Positions 37,136-44,509 of a DNA stretch of 64,000 bases are shown here, piece by piece. Origin of the DNA: Myxococcota bacterium (GTDB lineage Bacteria; Myxococcota_A; UBA9042; PHBI01; JAWLBL01). The notes under the pieces are model-generated. The model worked only from the letters and a program-made list of their open reading frames with translations, ran no database searches and was not told the DNA's origin. Both the position numbers and the translations under genes were made by a program. The stretch's first letter is position 1, and each line of letters begins with the position of its first letter. Where the stretch lies: the NCBI GenBank assembly GCA_041687695.1, contig JAWLBL010000018.1, positions 111,125 through 175,124 of the forward strand, given 5' to 3'.

Positions 37136-37197
37136 GGACCCATTCGAGATACAGCACCGTTCGTCAACACGACCTCACGAGATGAAGCCCACTTCGA

Positions 37198-39381
37198 ATG
37201 GCCTCCGCTCCTCCACCTTCACGCGTTCGAAGCTCCGCATTACCCTCAGAGCATGACCTCGAGCGGACGTACCCTTTCGAGCTGGGACCCATGTTGAGAG
37301 TCGAAGACTCCAAGACCTGGCGCTCGGCGGCCCAAGAAGCCGCCTCCAAGCTCTCCGTAGATGCGCAACTTGCGCTCAGGCTCCCACACGGCGGTGAGCG
37401 ATTCGCGGCCCAGGTCCTGGAACATTGCGCGGAGGCTGTTCACGTCGCGGTGCCTACGACCCCCGACCAGGTCGAGCGAATCGTCCTGGGACTGGGGGCC
37501 GCCTTGGGTTCCGATGCCCAGTTCCGCTTGGACGAGCAACTGCGGGACCCCTCCAATGAACTCCAACCGGCGCTCGACTACCTCAGGGACCGCCTGGAGC
37601 AGCGACCGCTCGTGGTGGATGGTTGGGATGCCATTGGTCAGCTGGGTGCGGACCTCGAGCTACGGCTCGCGTTGGATCCTCGTTGGCGAACGCTAAAGAA
37701 CTGGCTGACGCATCAGCCTGGTTTGTTCCTCTCGCGCCACCGTGAGCGCCCCGACATCGGACATGCTGATCCCCCGCAGGGTTGTCCCATTTACTTGCGG
37801 AATGGCGTCGAGCGCCCAACGGACCTCTGGGATCGGTTCGCGCAGGACGCGTCACTGTACTCTCTTGGACTCACCGCCCTCGCCCTGGGCGCGGAAGAAG
37901 ACGAGGTACTGGAGCGCGGTGGCGCGGCTGCGCTGACCAGCATGGTCGTGGCCCTTCTACCGCCTAACGTCCGCTGTGTACTCGAGCGGTTGAGCGCTCA
38001 TGGGCGGCCGCTCGAGCGTCGCTTCCTCCCAGTAGAGATCCCAGATGGCGCCATCGAGGTCGGCGCCGACTTGGGTCTGTGGGTGAGAACCCCGACTGGT
38101 CTGGTCGTGGCCGAGCCCTGGCGTGATTGGATGTCGTCGGCGCAACCCGAGGACGTCCGCCGGAGCGTCCACCTCGAGTTGGCCGAAGCATTTCTGGCCG
38201 ACTACGACTTGGACGATCCGACGGCGGGACGATGCGCACTCTCCATCCTCGAGGCGCATCGACATCTCGTCGCGGCCGGAGACCTCGTGCGTGCAGGTCA
38301 GCATGCTCGCTACGGTCTGGCACTCCTGACCCAGTACGCTCGGGAGCGTTCGTTGGCCCAGGACTTCGCCAACGCTGCGCAGCAATACGAACAAGTCCTG
38401 ACGATCGCTCGGACCCGCTGCGTTCCGATGCCGAGACGCCTCAGCGCGTACGTGCGACACTACTTGCACTTCAATCGCGCGCGCGCGCGGTTGGAGGGAC
38501 TTCGGGCGACGGAGGCCGGATATCATCAGTCCTTGGAGGACTGGCGCGACAATGCGCTCTTCTGGTCTCGATACGTGCGAAGCCTGTTCTATCAAGGCCG
38601 CAGCGGAGCCGCATTTCGAGCGCTCGAGGAGGCGAAGGAAGAGGTCCCGGAACATCCTCAGAAACGAACCGTGCTCATCGCCCGCACGGCCAACGGATTG
38701 CTCGTACACGGCCGGGTCTTGGAGGCGCTACAGGTCTGGGGTGGTTACCAGTCGGACACGCCGTACGCACAAGAGATCGAAGGACGCCTACAGCGGTCCT
38801 TGGATGTCGGCTTCGACACGATGAGGATCGAACTGGTCGACGATGCGTCGCTGATCCTGCATCGCTCGAGACGAGTGCAAATAGTTCGCCAACGCAATCG
38901 AACGTGGAGGGCCGAGGTGCGCGACCTCGAACTCTCCGGTCGGGGGCAAAGCCCGCTCGAGGCCTTGGAAGCGCTCGTCGTCGCGGCACGTGGCGAGATC
39001 TCGCACCTGATTCGCGCGTACACCTCCGACCTGAGCCCACAAGAACGGTTCCGAAAGCGGCTGTTGCTAGGGGCCGTCGACGTGCCCGCCAGCAGGCTGG
39101 GGGGGGCCGCCCCGCCGAGCTACTGGTTCGTCGGCAGCGTTTGTCGTGGCCCCGATGGGGGCCTCTGGATGCGCACCGAGGGCGAGCGAGACCTCTGGTT
39201 CGAAATCCCGGCGGACAAGGCCCAGGGTCTCGTCGTCGACGCGCTACCGCGGCTCTTCGCAGTGAAGACGGACGAGTCGGGGGTGCCCGTCGGGCCGGTC
39301 ACTGACATCGACGAACCGTTCCGCGGGACGGACGAAGACCTGTGGGACCGCTGGCGTCGGCGGATGGCGGATGGCGACTAG
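37198..39381 (+). CDS. Degenerate STAND-NTPase/TPR protein with a HicB-like C-terminal segment
   Basis: Walker-B-like LVVDGWD without an intact Walker A; STAND-type helical motifs; TPR-like helices; visibly lower GC; start uncertain. Confidence 0.65.
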   Translation: MASAPPPSRVRSSALPSEHDLERTYPFELGPMLRVEDSKTWRSAAQEAASKLSVDAQLALRLPHGGERFAAQVLEHCAEAVHVAVPTTPDQVERIVLGLGAALGSDAQFRLDEQLRDPSNELQPALDYLRDRLEQRPLVVDGWDAIGQLGADLELRLALDPRWRTLKNWLTHQPGLFLSRHRERPDIGHADPPQGCPIYLRNGVERPTDLWDRFAQDASLYSLGLTALALGAEEDEVLERGGAAALTSMVVALLPPNVRCVLERLSAHGRPLERRFLPVEIPDGAIEVGADLGLWVRTPTGLVVAEPWRDWMSSAQPEDVRRSVHLELAEAFLADYDLDDPTAGRCALSILEAHRHLVAAGDLVRAGQHARYGLALLTQYARERSLAQDFANAAQQYEQVLTIARTRCVPMPRRLSAYVRHYLHFNRARARLEGLRATEAGYHQSLEDWRDNALFWSRYVRSLFYQGRSGAAFRALEEAKEEVPEHPQKRTVLIARTANGLLVHGRVLEALQVWGGYQSDTPYAQEIEGRLQRSLDVGFDTMRIELVDDASLILHRSRRVQIVRQRNRTWRAEVRDLELSGRGQSPLEALEALVVAARGEISHLIRAYTSDLSPQERFRKRLLLGAVDVPASRLGGAAPPSYWFVGSVCRGPDGGLWMRTEGERDLWFEIPADKAQGLVVDALPRLFAVKTDESGVPVGPVTDIDEPFRGTDEDLWDRWRRRMADGD

Positions 39382-40453
39382 CTCGCAGCCGCTGCGGATC
39401 TTCTTCCTCGACGTGGGCCAGGGCGATTGCACCTTCATCGTCCCGCCGACTGACGAGGGAGCGCCCATCCTTTTCGATTGCGCCGACCAGTACGTCGCGG
39501 AACGGTTCGTCGCCAACCACGGCATTACCGACCTCGCGGCCGTGGTCGTCTCGCATCTCGACATCGACCACGTCCGCGGCATGCTAGCGTTCCTGAAGAA
39601 CCACTTCGCAGCTGGCCGGAGAGTTCGGCGGTTGGTGGTGGCGCTCGATCGCATACCCAATCCCGACGGCGACGTGAACCTACGCGCGTTCATGGCGGCA
39701 GCCCTCGACTGGGGGCGTACTCCCCCGCACGAAGGCTTCGTCCTCAAGGCGGCCCAGCGCGACGGCGACGGGCCCATCCTCTTGGCCGGCGGCGGTAGCC
39801 CGGGCTCGGACTGGCGTGTAGAGCTAGTTCTGCCCATGTGGGACAATTTCCAGTCCAACTTGCTGGACGGAAGAGAAGCCACGAACTACTGCTCAGCAGT
39901 GCTTCGCGTCACCCGGGCCGGAAACAGCATCCTCATCGGCGGCGATGCTCCTCTGGGCTCGTGGGAACGGCTCGAGCCTCACTTGCGGCCGGCGCATGCC
40001 ATCAGGGTGCCGCATCACGGAGGCAACATCCTGGAGCGCGGAAGGGATTGGCGTCGTTATGAAGACCTTTACGACGCCGTTCGAGCCGAATCGGCCGTGG
40101 TGTCGGTGGGGACCAACAACGCCCACCATCACCCACTAGCGGCGTATGTCACGGCGGCCCACCGAGGCCATTCCTGCCGTATGCTCTGCACCCAGCTCAC
40201 GCCTCGCTGTCATGACGACCCTCTTGAGCTGCGGTCCGATGCGCTCGAATACGCCGGTCTGGTTGAGTATCCGTACCGCCACCGGGCCGTCCCCGGGCAT
40301 CCGAGCCGTCGCCCTCCGGGCGAGGTGCCCTGCGCAGGCACCGTGATGATCGCATTGAAACCCGACGGTTCGCTGGATGTGGAGCCCGGCTCGGGTGGGC
40401 ACCACGATCGGCTGATCGAGCAAGTGGACCACCCCCTTTGCCAGAGCTCATGA
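39371..40453 (+). CDS. ComEC/Rec2-like metallo-beta-lactamase-fold hydrolase (stand-alone)
   Basis: FLDVGQGD, SHLDIDHVRG (HxDxDH), GGD, PHHGG, SVGTNN.HHHP; no TM region; overlaps the upstream stop by 11 bp. Confidence 0.88.
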   Translation: MATSSQPLRIFFLDVGQGDCTFIVPPTDEGAPILFDCADQYVAERFVANHGITDLAAVVVSHLDIDHVRGMLAFLKNHFAAGRRVRRLVVALDRIPNPDGDVNLRAFMAAALDWGRTPPHEGFVLKAAQRDGDGPILLAGGGSPGSDWRVELVLPMWDNFQSNLLDGREATNYCSAVLRVTRAGNSILIGGDAPLGSWERLEPHLRPAHAIRVPHHGGNILERGRDWRRYEDLYDAVRAESAVVSVGTNNAHHHPLAAYVTAAHRGHSCRMLCTQLTPRCHDDPLELRSDALEYAGLVEYPYRHRAVPGHPSRRPPGEVPCAGTVMIALKPDGSLDVEPGSGGHHDRLIEQVDHPLCQSS

Positions 40454-40722
40454 GCGCCAGGCCGTGAGCAGACAGCCTGACCTGGTCGATGTTGTTCCCC
40501 ATCACGAAGCGCACCAACGGTGCCTCCGGCTGGAGCACGGAGGCGTGCTGGTCTGCGTCGTCGACGCGACTCGCTCGTCGCCCGTGGACTGGTCGACCGT
40601 GTGGAGGAGATGGTCGGCCGAACCAAGCGCGTCCGCTACGCGATCACTCCAGCCGGCGCCGAGCTTCTCGCAGGCGTAGCCGCGAAGTAGAGCGAACGAC
40701 CTGAACGCCTGGGCCAGGCGGT

Positions 40723-41001
40723 AGGGCTCGACCCCCTCGGCGGGCGTCCGGGGGACGGTTCGAGAGGGGGTTCGACCCCCTCGGCGGGGGTCCGGTCGAC
40801 GGTTCGAGAGGGGGTTCGACCCCCTCCGCGGGGGTCCGGTCGACGCTTTGGGAGGGGGTTCGACCCCCTCGGCGGGGGTCCGGGAGACGGTTCGAGAGGG
40901 GGTTCGACCCCCTCGGCGGGGGTCGGGGGGACGGATCGAGAGGGGGGCGAGCGCGAAGAGAGGGGTCGGGTCGACGGTCGGGGGAGGGGTTCGACCCCCT
41001 C
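40723..41001. repeat. Non-coding tandem array, 44-bp period, about 6.5 units, palindromic core AGGGGGTTCGACCCCCT
   Basis: Unit starts at 40723, 40765, 40809, 40853, 40897, 40941 (degenerate) and 40985 (partial). Confidence 0.93.
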
Positions 41002-41043
41002 GCGCGCGCTGAGGGAGCGCACGGCGAGGGGGCCGGGCTGCGA

Positions 41044-41898
41044 TCAGGCCGGGGCCAGCTCGGGCGTGGTCGGGGCAGGAGCGGCGGTCGGGGCCGCGGC
41101 GTCGGGCGCCAGGTCTTCGTTGATCTCGACGCCGGTGGCCGGGTTGACGTCGCGCACCGGACGGCGGTTGCGCAGCGCCAGCCCGATGGCCTCGTTCTGT
41201 TCGGCGATGGGGGCCAGGTACTCGGCCCGCGCCTTGGCGTCGGCCGCGGATCGCGAGGAGAAGCGGCCAAGGACCTTGGCCACGATCTCGAGGAGGCGGT
41301 CTTGCCCCTCCTGGTCGGCGGCCTGGACGTTCACGTACTCGATGCCACGGGCCTTGCCGCGGTGCAGGATGTCGCCGAACTCGGTGTTCAGCCCGTCCAG
41401 GCGGTCGACGAAGTCACCGAGGCCGAGCAAGGCGATGGGATCCGCGTAGGGGCCGCCCTCGCGGCAGTCGCGCACGAGATCGGCCAGCTGGCGCTCCTGC
41501 TCGGGGTAGGGGAGGTGGATGATGCCGGTCGCGCCGTTGGGCAGGGCCTGCTTCAAGAACTCTGCCGCGGCCTGCCCCTTGGGCGTGTCCGGGAAGGTGC
41601 GGGCGATCTCGCCGGCGGTCCGTGACAAGCTGCCCAGGGTGGCGTCGATCTGCGGGTCCAGCTCGGCCAGGCGCGGGTCCGAAGCGCCCATCTTCTTCTG
41701 GACCTCCCAGCGGCGCTTCAGGTCGCGCGCGCCCTGCTCGTGGGCGATCGCGTCCTGGCACAGGGCCTTCAGCTCGGGCCACGGAGCGAGGGTCTCGGTC
41801 CCGTCGGCCAGCTTTGCCACGCGGCTGATCGCATGCTCGCGCCGGCCGCTCGTGAAACGATAGAGGCGCACGTAGTCGCCGAGGCTGCTCGTCGTCAT
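41044..41898 (-). CDS. All-helical hypothetical protein (DUF6261-like)
   Basis: GGAGG RBS, strong coding bias; FLKQALPNG...LPYPEQ, LGLGDFVDRL..LNTEF pattern; Pro/Ala tail. Confidence 0.7.
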   Translation of the reverse strand: MTTSSLGDYVRLYRFTSGRREHAISRVAKLADGTETLAPWPELKALCQDAIAHEQGARDLKRRWEVQKKMGASDPRLAELDPQIDATLGSLSRTAGEIARTFPDTPKGQAAAEFLKQALPNGATGIIHLPYPEQERQLADLVRDCREGGPYADPIALLGLGDFVDRLDGLNTEFGDILHRGKARGIEYVNVQAADQEGQDRLLEIVAKVLGRFSSRSAADAKARAEYLAPIAEQNEAIGLALRNRRPVRDVNPATGVEINEDLAPDAAAPTAAPAPTTPELAPA

Positions 41899-42043
41899 GA
41901 GGGTCCTCCAGGTTGTCGAAAGGGAAGCCCTCGTTGGTTATCAGCCGTGGACGCGCTTGGCAACCCGAGCCCCGGTACGTTCGTACCTCGTGGACGGAGG
42001 CGCCGAAGGCGCGCGTCGTGGCCCTCGGCGCCTCTCCGACCCA

Positions 42044-42385
42044 TCATTGCTGGTGCCCGCCCTTGCCGTCGTGCGCCGAGCAGTGGGCGCAGTCGGCGCA
42101 GTCGCCTCCTGCCTTGCAGTGGGGGCAGTCGGCGCAGTCGCCGGCCTTGCAGTCGGCGCAGTCCGCGCAATGGCCGGCCGCGCAGCCGTCGCAGCCGGTG
42201 TCCTGGGACGCGGCCGGCTGGGCTGCGGTGCTCGTGTGTATCTCGCCGGCGTGGCCGGCGCCAACGAACCTGCGACGCTGCTCGGTGCCTGGGGTGCCGT
42301 TCCGCCGCCGCAGGCGGCTATGGACCGCGCAGGCCTTGCCTGCGCTGTGCGATCGCCGCGCCTGCTCTGCACCCGCGCGGTCCAC
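42044..42385 (-). CDS. Cys/His-rich metallothionein-like ORF (start uncertain, possibly disrupted)
   Basis: C-terminal about 50 aa hold 11 Cys (CxxC + 3 x CxxCxxC) and 5 His with GC3-biased codons; the N-terminus runs into a tandem duplication. Confidence 0.5.
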   Translation of the reverse strand: MDRAGAEQARRSHSAGKACAVHSRLRRRNGTPGTEQRRRFVGAGHAGEIHTSTAAQPAASQDTGCDGCAAGHCADCADCKAGDCADCPHCKAGGDCADCAHCSAHDGKGGHQQ

Positions 42386-42548
42386 AGCGCCGGCGTGGCC
42401 GGCGCGAACGAACCTGCGCCCCTGCTCGGGGGCTGGGGTGCCGTTCGGCCGCCGCAGGCGGCTATGGACCGCGCAGGCTGTGCCTGCGCTGTGCGATCAC
42501 CGCGTCTCCTCTGCACCCGCGCGGTCCACAGCGCCGGCGTGGCCGGCG
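42245..42548. repeat. 144-bp tandem duplication (2 copies plus a third 16-bp boundary)
   Basis: GCCGGCGTGGCCGGCG at 42245, 42389 and 42533; each unit contains the inverted pair CTATGGACCGCGC...GCGCGGTCCACAG. Confidence 0.9.
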
Positions 42549-42696
42549 CGTGGCCGCCTACGGCGGCGGACGACACAGTCCCGACATCGTGATGGCCTCG
42601 CTCCCGCCCCCACCCGGGCACGCGGCCGCGAGCGGCGGCGCCGGGGAGGGCGGGGCTTTGGATTCGGCCATCGGGCGCGGGTCACGTCGGGCGCGT

Positions 42697-43572
42697 TCAG
42701 GGGCGTCCGAAGGTGGCCGCGTGGTCGCGCGCGAAGCGGGCGAACGAGGTCGCTGGCCGCCCGAGGACGCGCTCGACGTCCGGCGAGACCGGCGCGGCCA
42801 GGCCGCTGCGCACCAGCCGGTAGAAGCCGATGAGGCGCTCGGCGTGCGCTGGCGTCAGGCCGCTGTGGACGATCAGCTCGCGGGCGGTCTCCTCGTCGAG
42901 CGCCTCGTAGCGCACGGGACGTCCACCGTGTTCGCTGATGGAGGCGGCGACCTGAGCGTGGTCGAGCGCCTCCGGGCCGGTCAGGTCGTAACCTCGGCCG
43001 GCGTGGGCGTCGGGGGCGCACAGGACGCGGGCGGCCACCGCCGCGATGTCCCGCGCGTCGATCCACGACAGCTTCGCGTCGGCCGCCGGCACCGCGATGA
43101 CGCCGCGCGCGCGGATCGCTTCGTGGAGCGGGCCGTGGGCGAAGAGCTGCATGAAGAAGTTCGGGCGCAGGTGCGTGAAGCCCAGCCCCGAGGCTTCGAG
43201 CGCCAGCTCGACCTTCCGCAGGCCGAAGTCGGGGCGGCGCTCGGTGCCGATGGCGGTCAGGTTGACGACGTGGCGCACCGTGCGGGCGGCGAGCATGGCC
43301 TCGATGAGTGGCACCGAGTGGCGCTCGGGCGTGTCGTCACCGGGACGCGCGATGAGGAACACGCGCTCGACCCCGTCAAGCGCCGCGGCGTAGGTCGCCG
43401 GGCGCTCCAGGTCGAAGGCGACGGGGCGCGCTCCTCCCAACGCCTCGAGGGCGGCCGCGGCCTGCACACGGCGTGTCGCCGCCCGGACGCGGGCGCCCTG
43501 AGCGACGAGGAGGCGGACCAGCTCGGCGCCGACCGTGCCGGTCGCGCCCAGGACGAGGATCTCACCAGACAT
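42697..43572 (-). CDS. NmrA-like NAD(P)-binding atypical SDR oxidoreductase
   Basis: ILVLGATGTVG, LRPNFFMQ, IDARDIA, LTGPEAL; AAGGAG RBS. Confidence 0.9.
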   Translation of the reverse strand: MSGEILVLGATGTVGAELVRLLVAQGARVRAATRRVQAAAALEALGGARPVAFDLERPATYAAALDGVERVFLIARPGDDTPERHSVPLIEAMLAARTVRHVVNLTAIGTERRPDFGLRKVELALEASGLGFTHLRPNFFMQLFAHGPLHEAIRARGVIAVPAADAKLSWIDARDIAAVAARVLCAPDAHAGRGYDLTGPEALDHAQVAASISEHGGRPVRYEALDEETARELIVHSGLTPAHAERLIGFYRLVRSGLAAPVSPDVERVLGRPATSFARFARDHAATFGRP

Positions 43573-43604
43573 GAGCGACTCCTTGGGGATTCGAGGGTGG
43601 TTGT

Positions 43605-43622
43605 GTGAATGGGCGGTTCATT
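43605..43622. promoter_or_regulatory. Putative TetR operator upstream of the NmrA-like gene
   Basis: GTGAATGGGCGGTTCATT; same pattern as 44308-44325. Confidence 0.55.
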
Positions 43623-43667
43623 ATTTGGGCGCGGGCAGCCGCGAGGTTGTGAACGCCGACCCAGGGC

Positions 43668-44294
43668 TCACGGGTCTTCGGTCGTGAACAGGGCGAGCAG
43701 GCCGGCGAGGTGGTAGCGCTCGTAGGCGCGTACGGCGGCGGTGATGGCGTCGGGCTCCGACCACTCGGCCAACGCCTCGACCAGGACGCCGAGCAGGTTT
43801 CGGTAGATGCGCTCGAGCAGGAAGCGCTCGGGTGGGGTGAGCTGGCGCGCGCGGGGGAGCGCCTGGAAGTGGGCCTGCGCCAGCTCCACGAGGCGCCTGG
43901 TCAGGCGCTGGCCGAAGTCGGCGTGCGGGGTGCCGCGGGCGCGCGCGAGCAGGACCACGACGGCGTGGCGGTGGCTGATGCAGAGCCACAGCAGCTCGGC
44001 GCTGAACAGGCGGAAGGGGGCCTGCGGAGGCAGCTGCGACAGATCGGTGACCCCACGTAGGGCCGCAACACGGGCTTCGACCAGCGCCATCAGCGTCTTG
44101 GCGAGCGCGTCGGGAATCACCGCCTCGAACAGCGCCTCCTTGCTGCCGAAGTAGCGATAGATGTTGCCGGTCGAGACGCCGGCCTCGCGCCCCATCGCCG
44201 CCATGGTGGCGCCCTCGTAGCCGTCCCGCGCGAACACCTCGAGCGCCGCCCGCCGGATCGCGCGCTCGACCTCCTCTTTGAGCACCTGCGCCAT
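43668..44294 (-). CDS. TetR/AcrR family transcriptional regulator
   Basis: FARDGYEGATM...AGVSTGNIYRYFGSKEALF HTH; ATG at 44294. Confidence 0.92.
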   Translation of the reverse strand: MAQVLKEEVERAIRRAALEVFARDGYEGATMAAMGREAGVSTGNIYRYFGSKEALFEAVIPDALAKTLMALVEARVAALRGVTDLSQLPPQAPFRLFSAELLWLCISHRHAVVVLLARARGTPHADFGQRLTRRLVELAQAHFQALPRARQLTPPERFLLERIYRNLLGVLVEALAEWSEPDAITAAVRAYERYHLAGLLALFTTEDP

Positions 44295-44307
44295 GGATCT
44301 GCCATAA

Positions 44308-44325
44308 GTGAATGCCGTGTTCGTT
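44308..44325. promoter_or_regulatory. Putative TetR autoregulatory operator
   Basis: GTGAATGCCGTGTTCGTT just upstream of the tetR start; matches 43605-43622. Confidence 0.55.
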
Positions 44326-44509
44326 TTATGCCCGCGCGTCCAGCGCCCGTCAACGCGATTCGTCGCGCGACCGCGACCAGGGCACGCTGTCCGCGCGCGG
44401 CGGCGCCGAGGTGGGCGGGTCTCCGGTTTGGAGGGGCCGACGTTGACAGCGGTGGCGGCGTGCCTCGATCGTGGCCACACGCCACTCGCTACACGCCATC
44501 CCACGGAGA

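Noticed and set aside
39371..40453. Competence protein ComEC linked to dprA and pil genes
   Set aside because: Lacks the membrane competence domain and sits in a lower-GC cassette coupled to a STAND/TPR gene
40464..40704. Third gene of the STAND/MBL cassette
   Set aside because: Two short competing ORFs (71 aa each) with no recognisable motif or clear RBS; cannot be supported
40755..40915. tRNA genes suggested by GGTTCGA T-loop-like words
   Set aside because: No acceptor, D or anticodon arms; the words are part of the tandem repeat
40723..41001. CRISPR array
   Set aside because: Inter-palindrome segments are variants of one sequence rather than unique spacers, the 44-bp period is too short, and there are no cas genes in the window
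40636..41270. ORFs spanning the 44-bp array
   Set aside because: The period is not a multiple of 3, so the peptide cycles through frames; low-complexity Pro/Arg products without credible starts
42245..42548. Integron attC sites
   Set aside because: No RYYYAAC...GTTRRRY boundaries, no cassette ORFs between units and no integrase
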